This document shows positions 31,393-40,359 of a stretch of DNA of 40,359 nucleotides, in pieces. Made by a program: the position numbers and the translations under genes. Position 1 is the stretch's first letter. Every line of letters begins with the position of its first letter. Under the pieces are notes generated by a model, which was not told the DNA's origin, did not search any database, and was given only the letters and a program-made list of their open reading frames with translations. The DNA comes from an uncultured Holophagales bacterium (GTDB lineage: Bacteria; Acidobacteriota; Thermoanaerobaculia; Multivoradales; UBA5704), in the NCBI GenBank assembly GCA_963842525.1, contig CAWJGT010000010.1:1-40359 (forward strand). Reading direction: 5' to 3'.

Positions 31393-32857
31393 ATGCCCCG
31401 GAAGAAGCCAGCGCTGCCAAGTGTCGTGCTGTCCTCGCTCCGCCGACTCAGGGGTTGGACGGCGGAGCAGTTGTCCGAGGCCTCCGGGGTCTCCGACAAG
31501 ATGATCTCCTATTACGAGGCCCGGCGCGGTCCGGACCGGGAGACGCTCGAGGCGTTGGCCGCCGCGATGGGCTTCGGCCCGGAGGACGTCGACGGCATTC
31601 TCTTCGCGCTGGAGGCCGCCGAGCCGCCGGCCCTGGCGCCGTGCTCGCCCGTGGACCCCACCCCCGAGGAGCATTTGGAGATGCGCCGCATCGCGGCACG
31701 CGCCGGCCGCGCCGTCGTGAGCCTTGCCGAATTCCACCTCCTGAAGCAGGTGCGTGCCCACCGGGCGCACAGGGCCCGCCGCCATGCCGCGCGTCTCTGG
31801 GAGGTGTTTCGGACTCTCACGCCGAAGCAGCGCCGGCTGCTGGTCGAAAAGTCCCGGGAGCACCAGACGTGGGCCTTCGCGGTTCTGCTCTGCCATGAGA
31901 GCGAGGAAGCGGCATCGGACCGGTCCGACCGGGCACGGGAGTTGGCTGAGCCTCGCTGTGCGGTTGGCCCAGGTGGCGCCGGGAGACGAGCTCTGGCGCT
32001 GGCGGCTGGAAGGGTACTGCCTGTGTTTCCTCGCCAATGCGTTGAGGGTCGGCAATGACATGCTGGGAGCCGAGGAGGCTTTCGCACGTGCCGGGGAGTT
32101 CTGGGAAGCCGGAGCTACGGCAGATCCAGGGTTGTTGCCGGAGTGGCGCCTGCTGGACCTGAAGGCATCCCTGCGACGGGACCAGCGCCGATTTGCTGAA
32201 GCCCTGGACCTGCTTGATCGTGCTCGTACGGCCAGCCCTCAAGAGACCGCGGGCCGCATCTTGCTGATCAAGGCTGTCACTCTGGAGCACATGGGGGAGT
32301 CCGAGGCCGCTATCGAGGCCCTGCAGGATGCATCCCCTCTGGTGAACGGTCAACTCGATCCGCGGCTGCGTTTCGCGCTCCGGTTCAACCTGGCTACGAA
32401 CCTTTGCCTTCTGGGAAAAACCGAAGAGGCAAGGCCCATGCTCGACGAGGTCCGGAAACTGGCGGTTGTCCTCCAAAAGGAGTTGGACCTCGTCCGGGTG
32501 GTCTGGCTACAGGGACGAGTGGCGGCTGGTATGGGCGAGCCGAAGGAGGCGGTTTCCTGCTTCGAGCAGGTACGGCGGGAGTTCCGGGCGCGGGAGATGG
32601 ACTACGACTTCGCGCTCGCCAGTCTGGAGCTGGCTGTGCTCTACCGCGAGCAGGGTTGCCTTTGCGAAGTCAAGACATTGGCTGGGGACATGCTGTGGAT
32701 CTTCCGCAGACAAGGTATTCACCGTGAGGCCTTGGCCGCTCTCCGGCTCTTCTGTAACGCAGCCGAAAGGGAGACGGTCACGGTGGAGCTGGCCCGGCGG
32801 CTCTTCCAGTATCTGAATCGAGCCCGCCTCGACCCGGAGCTTCGATTCGAGCCCTGA
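31393..32857 (+). CDS. XRE-family HTH + TPR-repeat regulator, ~487 aa (apparent +1 frameshift at ~31951)
   Basis: LRRLRGWTAEQLSEASGVSDKMISYYE HTH. After correcting GAGCCTCGCT to E-L-A, there are 5-6 TPR-like helix pairs. RBS GGAG. Confidence 0.85.
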
Positions 32858-32880
32858 GGGCATGCTCCGGTCTTGCGAAC

Positions 32881-32921
32881 GGGGCGGGTTTCTCTTCCCT
32901 CGCCGCTTCGAAACCCGCCCC
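32881..32921. terminator. Hairpin between convergent genes (possible bidirectional terminator)
   Basis: 12-bp stem GGGGCGGGTTTC / GAAACCCGCCCC. No strong U-tract. Confidence 0.5.
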
Positions 32922-32937
32922 TGTGCGAGCCTGCTCT

Positions 32938-33213
32938 CTACCGACGTCGTCCATCTTTTGGAATGGCTTCATCCGCCCTTTCGGCCGGAGCAACAGATTC
33001 CCCGGAGATCAAAATGCACAGGCCATTGGGGTCGATCGAGCATCCGACCTCCGACCGCAACACGCCGGTGAGCCACTCCCAGAGTTGGGAGACGAGAGGT
33101 GTAGGCGCGGCGCGGCCAGGCTCGAAGCCGGGTAGTGCCGCGGCGCACAGCGGCATCGCGAGGAATAGACTCAGAATCAGGACGGCAAGTGAGCGGGAAG
33201 CGGGACGGTACAT
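32938..33213 (-). CDS. Small secreted peptide with a GCSIDPNGLC motif
   Basis: Strong RBS AAGGAGG 6 nt before the ATG, Sec-type signal peptide, amphipathic LWEWLTGVL, then EVGCSIDPNGLC. Confidence 0.75.
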   Translation of the reverse strand: MYRPASRSLAVLILSLFLAMPLCAAALPGFEPGRAAPTPLVSQLWEWLTGVLRSEVGCSIDPNGLCILISGESVAPAERADEAIPKDGRRR

Positions 33214-33341
33214 GGGGACCCTCCTTACAAAGAGGTACCTCCCGGGCCACTATGGCCCGGTGGGCGCCTCTGAGAATAAGGTGCCGGAATTAGAAAAAAC
33301 CAACCGAACTGCATTCTGGATGTGTGCACGAGAGGGATGAT

Positions 33342-33950
33342 ATGGAAGATCCGGCCGATGTGGCACTGCTGGTCCGGTTTCTGCGCGGCCTCCGCGACTG
33401 GACGCAGACCGACCTCGCCGAGGCGGCCGGCCTGGACGCCAGCTCGATCTGCCGCTACGAGGGCGGCCAGACGATGCCCCGCCGGAAAACGCTGGAGCGG
33501 ATCGCCGCTGCCGTGGACATCCCGATGTCGCTCGTGGATGCGTGCTTCCTCCCCGCGATGGGGGTAGCTCGCGCCGCGTCAGCCCTGGACGCGGATGCTT
33601 TCTTCGCAGACCTGGAGAAGCCGACAGCCGAGCTCGGCGATGCCGCGGCAGGGACCGTTCGCGCCGCTGCCGCCGCCTTCCTCGCGACGCTGGAGGCGTC
33701 GGATCAGGATTCTTCCCGCCATGCGGTGGATGCGTGGGAGCGGCTCGAGCCCTGCACCTCCGAAGAGGCGCAGTTCCTGATCGAGACCTGTCCCGAGTTC
33801 CAGACCTGGGCGCTCGCCGAACGGCTCTACCGGGAGAGCATCGCCCGGCCGGAACGGGCTCAGGAGCTGGCCGAGCTGGCGGTCCAGGTGGCCCGCCGGG
33901 CTCCTAATCCGCCTTCTTCCCCCGCTTCCGGCGAGGGCGTGGGCGGGTGA
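33342..33950 (+). CDS. XRE-family HTH regulator, truncated paralog of 31393-32857 lacking the TPR domain
   Basis: LRGLRDWTQTDLAEAAGLDASSICRYEGG. EFQTWALAERL..ES...ERAQELAELAV aligns with EHQTWAFAVLL..ES...DRARELAELAV. Confidence 0.8.
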   Translation: MEDPADVALLVRFLRGLRDWTQTDLAEAAGLDASSICRYEGGQTMPRRKTLERIAAAVDIPMSLVDACFLPAMGVARAASALDADAFFADLEKPTAELGDAAAGTVRAAAAAFLATLEASDQDSSRHAVDAWERLEPCTSEEAQFLIETCPEFQTWALAERLYRESIARPERAQELAELAVQVARRAPNPPSSPASGEGVGG

Positions 33951-34800
33951 GGGCCCGCAGCGTCTCCAGGTCCCGGCGGTGCCCTTCCATCTCGTCCCCC
34001 GGCTCGGTTTCCAGGACCATCGGGATCGCCGCCAGACGTGGATCGTGGAGGAGCCTCGCGAAGGCGTCGAGACCCATCTCCCCTTCGCCGATGTGGGCGT
34101 GGCGGTCGCGGCGCGAGGCGAAGGGACGCACGGAATCGTTCAGGTGCAGGCAGCCGACGACCTCCAGGCCCAGGAGCTCCTGGACCGCGGCCCAGAAGTC
34201 CTCGTAACCGGCCGGCTCGTGGATGGCGTAGCCGGCGGCGAAGGTGTGGCAGGTGTCGAGACAGATGCCCACCCGCTGCGGCGCCGCCAGCCGGGCGCGG
34301 ATCGCTGCCAGGTGCTCCAGCCGGTGCCCCAGGCAGGTCCCCTGGCCGGCGGTGTTCTCCAGGAGGACCCGGGTCGGGACCTCCGGCACCGCGGCGAGGA
34401 TGCGGTCGAGCGACTCCGCGACCCGCGCGATGCCCGTCTCCTCGCCGGCCCCCAGGTGAGCGCCCGGATGGAGGACCAGGCCTTCGACGCCCACCCGGGC
34501 GCAGCGCTGGAGCTCGTCGGCCAGCGCCTCGCGCGATTTTTCCAGGATCTCCGGATCGGTGGCGGCCAGGTTGATCAGATAGCTCGCATGCGCGACGAGA
34601 GGGCCGACGCGGCTCTCCGCATGGGCGCAGCGGAAGCTCTCGCATTCAGGGTCCGCCAGCTCCTTGCCCCGCCACTGGTTGGCGTTCTTGACGAAGATCT
34701 GGATCGCCGTGCAGCCGAGCTCCTCGGCCCGCTCGATCGCGGTCGGCAGGCCGCCGGCCACCGAGACGTGCGCGCCGAGGGGAGGGAAGGTCGATGCCAT
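33904..34800 (-). CDS. nfo: Endonuclease IV
   Basis: LGAHVSVAGG, HASYLINL, HPG, LLENTAGQG, CLDTCH, HLNDS, DRHAHIG, LET. Confidence 0.95.
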   Translation of the reverse strand: MASTFPPLGAHVSVAGGLPTAIERAEELGCTAIQIFVKNANQWRGKELADPECESFRCAHAESRVGPLVAHASYLINLAATDPEILEKSREALADELQRCARVGVEGLVLHPGAHLGAGEETGIARVAESLDRILAAVPEVPTRVLLENTAGQGTCLGHRLEHLAAIRARLAAPQRVGICLDTCHTFAAGYAIHEPAGYEDFWAAVQELLGLEVVGCLHLNDSVRPFASRRDRHAHIGEGEMGLDAFARLLHDPRLAAIPMVLETEPGDEMEGHRRDLETLRALTRPRPRRKRGKKAD

Positions 34801-34820
34801 AGGGTGCGGATTGTAGACCC

Positions 34821-36868
34821 TCACCCCTGGGGTGGTGGTGTACTGGATGCTGTACCCGATGACGTGGCAGGCATCGCGAACACCCCTTCTTCCACCTCAG
34901 GGTTCACGCGGATCCTCTCGACCCTCGTTACGGTGTGCCGGGCGCCGTACTCCTTCTCGATCCGGTGGGGGATGACCAGGCCGTCGACGGTTCGGAAGTC
35001 GGAGAACCAGGCCCTCTCCTGCATCTCCTGGGGAAGCTGGGCGTAGTCGAAGACCTTCGAGTCGACCGCGACCTCCAGGTAAGTCCGGGGATCGAGGTAC
35101 CAGGTTTCCACCCAGCCGTTGGAGCGGGTGAGCTCGAGGCGGAGGGTCTCCTGACCGTTCACGTTTCCCCGGCCGGCCAGGACGACCTTGTGGCCCTTTT
35201 CCTGATAGCCGACGAGGGCCGGCTCGATCTCCGCATCGCGGGCGGTCATGACGACCACAGGAGGCTGCTCCATCTTTGCCGGGCTGTTGACCCCATAGTG
35301 GGGATAGAGCCACCAGGGCCCCCGGGCATCCTGAGCGAGGGTCATCTCCTTCCGTTGCATCCTGGAGTCGAACCGGTAGAGGTTCGGACGCTTGCGGCGA
35401 AGGGTGAACGGGGCTTCCTCGCTGAAGCTGGTGAACGTGCCCTCCATCTCGATGGACCGCAGAGCCCGCCAGCGTTCCCGGCTACCCCTGGCCGCTTCGT
35501 AGCGGGCCACGATCTCCTCGAGGGTGAGGGTGGGGGTTGCAGGGGAGGGGCTCGTGCCGGCTGTACCTCCTTTCGGGGCGGGGGCAGGCCGCGTTCCCCC
35601 CGTTCCAATCCCGGCAGACGCAGAAGCTGCCCTGGCGCCTGACACCCTGATCTCCAGGGCAACGATCTCGTCCTGGTCCCGCAGGTAGAGCCGGCCGTTG
35701 GCGAGGGTCGGTGCGGTCCACGCCTTGCCCTCCATGGCCTGGAATCGTGCGAGTCCGTGTAGGCGTCGGGAGTGGCCTCGACCAGGAGGAGGGTCCCCTG
35801 ATCCGCAAGGACGATCAGCAGGTTCCCGTCCGCGGCCAGGAGCGAGCCCTTGCCCAGGCCCCGAAAAGCCCAGGTCTGCTCGCCCGTGGCGACCGAGAGG
35901 CACTTGAAGGTGGCGTTGTCGAAACCATAGAGGTGGGACCCCACGAGGACCGCATTGTTGAAGTGGTTCTTCATCGTGCGGGTCTTCCACAGCTCCTCGA
36001 CCGCCTTGCCGCCTTCGGTCTTGATCCGCAGGAGGACCGCCCCGGCGTCGTCCCCACCCGAGACGTAGACCTTGTCCGGCGGGATGAAGAGGGCGCTGGC
36101 GATGACCGTGAACGGCCCCGGGTGGGTCCAGAGGACCGTGCCGTCGGACCGGAGCGCGACCGTTTGCGAGCCGGCCCGGCGGGTCACTACGTACTGTTTG
36201 ATGCCACCGATCGTCATCAGGACCGGCGAGGAGTAGGCCGCATCGCCGTCCAGGGCCCCCCAGCGGACCTTCCCAGTGGCTTTCTCGAAGGCGACCACCC
36301 CCCGGCCCTCCTTCCCTCCGACCTCCAGGATGAGCAGGTCGCCGTCGATCAATGGGGAGCCCGAGTATCCCCAGGTGGGCCGCTTGGCGCCGAGCGCCTG
36401 GGGCAGATCCACCTCCCAGATCTTCGCCCCATCGGCTGCCTTCAGGGCGAGAAGCCGGCCGTGGGAGCCCATGGCGTAGACCGTGCCGCCGTCCAGGGTA
36501 GGCGTCGTCCGCGGGCCGTTGCCCATGTTGTCGATCAGCTTGGGGCCGGCCGGAACGCGCCAGACCTCCTTGCCACTGCCCGCTTCCAGAGCCAGGACGT
36601 ACTCGGCCGTGCCGTCCGAGTCCATGGTGTAGAGCCGGTCTCCGACGACGCTGATCCCGGAGTATCCTTCCCCGATCGCCCGCTTCCACACGACCTGCGG
36701 CCCCTTCGCCGGCCAGCTTCGAGGCAGGTCCGTCTCGGCCGAGACGCCGTCCCGGTTCACGCCCCGGAACTGCGGCCAGTCGAGGGCTGCAGCGGGTCCG
36801 GCAGCGAGGAGTGCCAGGGAGAGAGAAAGGGTGGGAAAGGGGAATCGAGCGATGGTCATGACGGGCAT
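34821..36868 (-). CDS. PQQ-like beta-propeller protein with C-terminal LolA-like domain (apparent frameshift at ~35753)
   Basis: Signal peptide, DWPQFRG..RDG, GYSGSPLI, AYSSP, W.APTLANGRLYLR, a low-complexity linker, then LEEIVARYEAARG...FSDFRTVDGLVIPH. Start is 36868 or 36859. Confidence 0.78.
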
Positions 36869-36986
36869 GGATGTGGCTCTTATACGGGCGCTGCCCGGCG
36901 AGGTTTTACTCTGTGGTCGCAGACATCGGACCTGCTGAGGGAGAGCCGGGTCAGCCCGGGGGTGAGGGTCTGCTAGACTGCGGACC

Positions 36987-37802
36987 ATGCTTGCGCGGCT
37001 CCTCCGGGGGCTGGCCTACGTGGCCTATGCCTTCGTGCTCGTCCTCGTCTTCGGGCTCGCGGCCTACACCTCCTTCAGCCTCTTCGTGCGCAGCGGCGTC
37101 ACCACCGTGCCGGCTCTCAAGGGGCTGTCGCGGGAGGACGCGGCCAACCGGCTCGCCGACCAGGGGCTCGAGCTGCGGCGGGTGCAGGAGCCGGGGCGCT
37201 ATGACGACACCGTGCCGGCGGGCCGCGTCGTCCAGCAGACGCCGGATCCGCGCACCCTGGTCAAGCGCGGCAGCGGCGTCAACCTGATCCTCTCGCTCGG
37301 ACCCCAGCGGGTCGAGGTCCCCGATCTGTCCGGCAAGCCGCTGCCCGCGGCCCAGGCCGCCCTCTCCGGCAACGGCCTCGCCCTGGGGCGGATCCTCGGC
37401 GCGTTCGCCCGCGGCCAGGAGATGGGGGTGGTCCTCCAGCAGGACCCCGATCCGGGCGCCTCCGTCGCCCCCTCGACGCCGGTCGACATGCTGCTGGTCA
37501 TGGCGGTGCCGCGCGACCGCTACATCATGCCCGACCTCATCTATCGCAATTACGACCAGGTGCGGCCGTTCTTCGAGCGCCGGGGCTTCCACTTCGGCAG
37601 CGTCCGGTTCGAGCGCTATGAAGGGGTCGCCGCCGGCACCATCCTCCGGCAGTACCCGTTGCCCGGCCATCCCGTGACGCGGGAGGAGGCCCTCTCGCTG
37701 GTGGTGGCCACGGCGGACAACATGCCGGACACGGCTCCGTTCCCCGCACCCCCGCCGGCAGTCCCCCCGGCCGCCCCACCGGCTCCTGGGGGGACGCGTT
37801 GA
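36987..37802 (+). CDS. PASTA domain-containing membrane protein
   Basis: N-terminal TM, three PASTA units (VPALKG, VPDLSG, MPDLI; Q.PDPG). Confidence 0.88.
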   Translation: MLARLLRGLAYVAYAFVLVLVFGLAAYTSFSLFVRSGVTTVPALKGLSREDAANRLADQGLELRRVQEPGRYDDTVPAGRVVQQTPDPRTLVKRGSGVNLILSLGPQRVEVPDLSGKPLPAAQAALSGNGLALGRILGAFARGQEMGVVLQQDPDPGASVAPSTPVDMLLVMAVPRDRYIMPDLIYRNYDQVRPFFERRGFHFGSVRFERYEGVAAGTILRQYPLPGHPVTREEALSLVVATADNMPDTAPFPAPPPAVPPAAPPAPGGTR

Positions 37803-38464
37803 TGCAGCTCGCGCCGTCCATCCTCGCCGCCGACCTCGCCGATCTGGCCGGGGCGGTGCGGGTCTGCGAAGCCGGCGGGGCCGAGATGATCCACTACGAT
37901 GTGATGGACGGGCACTTCGTCCCCAACCTGACCTTCGGGATCCCGGTGCTCGCCGCGCTCCACCGGCGCACCCGCCTGCCGATCGACGTCCACCTGATGG
38001 TCTCCAACCCCGACCGCCTGCTGGACGAGTACATCGCGGCCGGGGCGGCGCGGGTGGCCGTGCACTGGGAGGCTGCGCCGCACCTCGACCGCCTGCTCGC
38101 CCGCATCCGCGAGAAGGGGGCGCTGGCCGGCGTGGCCGTCAATCCCGCGACGCCGGTGGAGCTGCTCGTCGATGCCCTGCCGCGGATGGACTACGTGCTC
38201 CTGATGTCGGTCAACCCCGGTTTTGCCGGCCAGGCGTTCCTGCCGCGCGCCCTGGACAAGGCGCGGCGGCTGCGCGAGCTGATCCGCGAAAGCGGGACGG
38301 CGGTCGAGATCGCCATGGACGGCGGCATCGATCGCGGTAACATTGGCGATGTGGTGGCGGCCGGGGTGGAGGTCTGTATCGTGGGATCGGGAATCTTCGC
38401 CGCCGACGATCCTGTTGCGACCATGTCGAAGCTGCGCACTCTCGCCGGCTCGGAGAACCTATGA
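37802..38464 (+). CDS. rpe: Ribulose-phosphate 3-epimerase
   Basis: APSILAAD, HYDVMDGHFVPNLTFG, DVHLM, LMSVNPGFAGQ, DGGI. Confidence 0.96.
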   Translation: MQLAPSILAADLADLAGAVRVCEAGGAEMIHYDVMDGHFVPNLTFGIPVLAALHRRTRLPIDVHLMVSNPDRLLDEYIAAGAARVAVHWEAAPHLDRLLARIREKGALAGVAVNPATPVELLVDALPRMDYVLLMSVNPGFAGQAFLPRALDKARRLRELIRESGTAVEIAMDGGIDRGNIGDVVAAGVEVCIVGSGIFAADDPVATMSKLRTLAGSENL

Positions 38465-39228
38465 GACGAATGTTTCCGCTGCTGGCATTGCTCCTCCTGG
38501 TGCTGACCGCCGCCTGCAAGAGCAGCTGGAGTCGGACCCGATTCTCCGGCTCGCGGCCGAGGAGTCGCTCGCCGAGGGCAAGGAGCTGCTGGCGCGCGAG
38601 AAGTACGCCCGCGCCCGCCCCTACTTCACCCACGCCTTCGAGGTCGAGCCCAACTCGGGCGTCGGCCGCGAAGGGCTCCTCCTCGCCGCCGACACCTACT
38701 ATCTGGAGGGCGGCTCGGGCAACTTTGTCCAGGCCGAGGCCAAGTACCGCGACTTCCTGAACCGGTTCCCGACCAGCGGACAGGCGGCCTACGTGCAGTT
38801 CCAGATCGCCAACAGCCTGGCCAAACGGATGGAGAAGCCCGACCGCGACCAGACGGTCACCCGTAAGGCGATGGAGGCGTACGAGGAGCTGATCCGCCTC
38901 TATCCCACGAGCGAGTACGCCGCCCAGGCCCAGGAGCAGATCAAGCTCGTCAAGGCCAACCTGGCGGAGCACGAGTTCATGGTCGGACGCTTCTATCTGC
39001 GCTACGGCATCCCGGTGCGCCGCCGAGCGGTTCGATTACCTGCTCCAGGCCTATCCGGACTATCCCGACAAGGAGAAGGTCCTCTACCACCTGGGCATCG
39101 CCTACCAGCAGAGCCAGAAACCGGAAGAGGCCCAGAAGGCCTTCGACCGCCTCCGCACCGAATACCCGAACAGTCATTGGGTCGCCGAGATCCCCCAGAC
39201 CAAGCCTTCGGGAGGAGCTGGACGATGA
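38461..39228 (+). CDS. bamD: Outer membrane protein assembly factor BamD (apparent frameshifts at ~38527 and ~39018)
   Basis: Lipobox LTAAC, FLNRFPTS, DRDQTVT..A, LAEHEFMVGRFY, final frame ERFDYLLQAYPDY...YPNSHW. Confidence 0.85.
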
Positions 39229-40187
39229 AGCAAACCGTATCCCTCCTGCTCGCTCTGCCTCTGCTCGCCCTGGCGGCGGGCTGCTCCAGCATGCCGCTGC
39301 GGCAGGACACCTCGGCCCTGGAGGAGGAGGTCCGCCAGCTCCGGGCGCGGGTCGTCGAGCTGCAGCGACGGGCGGCCATGGACGACGTGGAGCTGACCCG
39401 GCTGCGCCAGCGCGTGGCGGAGCTGGAGACCCGGCCGGGCGGCGCCCGGCCGGGGTCCGCCGCCGCGGCCCCGTCGCGCCCGGTCCAGATGCGTCCGGCA
39501 CCCACCCCCTCTACCACTACCGAGCCCCGCGTCGCCCAGGCGACGCCTCCCATCGGGACGCCGTCCCGGCCGGCCTCTCCTCCGCCGGCCAGCGCCGACC
39601 GCGGACAGACGACCGTGCCGCGCACGACCGCGCCGCCGCCGCGCTCGGCGCCGGCGGTGGACGCCTCCGGCGGGATGGAGGAGGTGGTGATCGAAGAGGT
39701 TGACATCGACGTGCCGGAGCCCGCTCCCCAGTCACCCCAGCAGCCGCGGCAGAGCGCGCCGCCGGTCCAGCCTCCGCCGGCCCAGACCGCGCCGGCGCCC
39801 GAGCCCGGCGACCTCACCGCCCAGGCGCTCTACGACCGCGGCTACACCCTCTACCACCAGGGCCGTTTCCTCGACGCCGAGAGCAGCTTCCAGCGCTTCC
39901 TCCAGACCAACGCCGAGAACGAGCTGGCCGACAACGCGCAGTACTGGATCGGCGAGTGCCGCTACTCCCGGAACGACATGCGCGGCGCCCTGGCCGCATT
40001 CCGCGAAGTGGTGGAGCGCTTCCCGCAGGGGAACAAGGTCCCGGACGCCCTCCTGAAGGCCGGCCAGTGCCTGGAGGCGACGGGCGACATCGAGGGCGCG
40101 CGCGTCACCTATCGCGAGGTGGCCCGCCGCTTCCCGGGCACCGCCGTCGCCGTCGCCGCCGAAGAGCGGCGCGCCAAGCTGCCCTGA
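39225..40187 (+). CDS. cpoB: Tol-Pal associated CpoB/YbgF-like lipoprotein
   Basis: Lipobox LAAGC, coiled coil, Pro-rich linker, TPRs LADNAQYWIGE and GNKVPDALLK. Confidence 0.85.
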   Translation: MKQTVSLLLALPLLALAAGCSSMPLRQDTSALEEEVRQLRARVVELQRRAAMDDVELTRLRQRVAELETRPGGARPGSAAAAPSRPVQMRPAPTPSTTTEPRVAQATPPIGTPSRPASPPPASADRGQTTVPRTTAPPPRSAPAVDASGGMEEVVIEEVDIDVPEPAPQSPQQPRQSAPPVQPPPAQTAPAPEPGDLTAQALYDRGYTLYHQGRFLDAESSFQRFLQTNAENELADNAQYWIGECRYSRNDMRGALAAFREVVERFPQGNKVPDALLKAGQCLEATGDIEGARVTYREVARRFPGTAVAVAAEERRAKLP

Positions 40188-40233
40188 GGCGCCTCAAACC
40201 TCAAGCTCCGCTTGAGACCGGGCGCGGCAAACC

Positions 40234-40262
40234 TTGACAGGTGAAGGCGAACGCTGTAGGTT
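40234..40262 (+). promoter_or_regulatory. Sigma-70 promoter
   Basis: TTGACA-17 nt-TAGGTT. Confidence 0.6.
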
Positions 40263-40316
40263 AAAGCATAGAGAAGTCACTATCTTTTTCTCCTCCATGG
40301 CGTTCAGGAGGCCCTC

Positions 40317-40359
40317 ATGAAAGTGCGGCTTTCAGGTCTCGTCCTTGCCCTCTTCCTCG
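40317..40359 (+). CDS. Start of an exported protein, truncated by the window
   Basis: RBS AGGAGG, then MKVRLSGLVLALFL, a signal-peptide-like start. Confidence 0.55.
   Translation, partial: MKVRLSGLVLALFL

Noticed and set aside
38343-40187. 614-aa BamD-CpoB fusion ORF
   Set aside because: Artefact of bamD frameshifts. cpoB has its own RBS, ATG (39225) and lipobox.

Overview
High-GC bacterial window. Gene content (PASTA-rpe-bamD-cpoB, XRE-TPR and sigma-70 families) suggests Acidobacteriota, possibly Thermoanaerobaculia; this is an inference. Core genes: an Rrf2-regulated SUF operon (rrf2-sufBCDSU-sufT), an ECF-like sigma factor, a hybrid kinase, M14 and M49-like peptidases, lepA, a two-component system with a Spy-like gene, DinB/GNAT genes, nfo, a PQQ-type propeller protein, PASTA, rpe, bamD and cpoB. 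Accessory content: a 5'-truncated NACHT-pentapeptide-14xWD40 NLR-like gene, three PIN-type toxin-antitoxin pairs, an orphan DarG C-terminal domain, a degraded AAA ATPase, a 149-bp duplicate of the lepA 3' end, two families of REP/MITE-like palindromes, a 7x42-bp tandem array behind an orphan promoter, and a Cys-rich secreted peptide. The best candidate for an undescribed system is at about 30.9-34.0 kb: an XRE-HTH/TPR receptor-like gene converging on a small secreted peptide with a C-S-I-D-P-N-G-L-C motif, flanked by a small helical protein and a truncated XRE paralog. It resembles RRNPP peptide signalling but sits in a diderm. About ten apparent indels break otherwise intact genes and are most likely sequencing or assembly errors. 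All calls are from motif recognition by eye; no searches were run.
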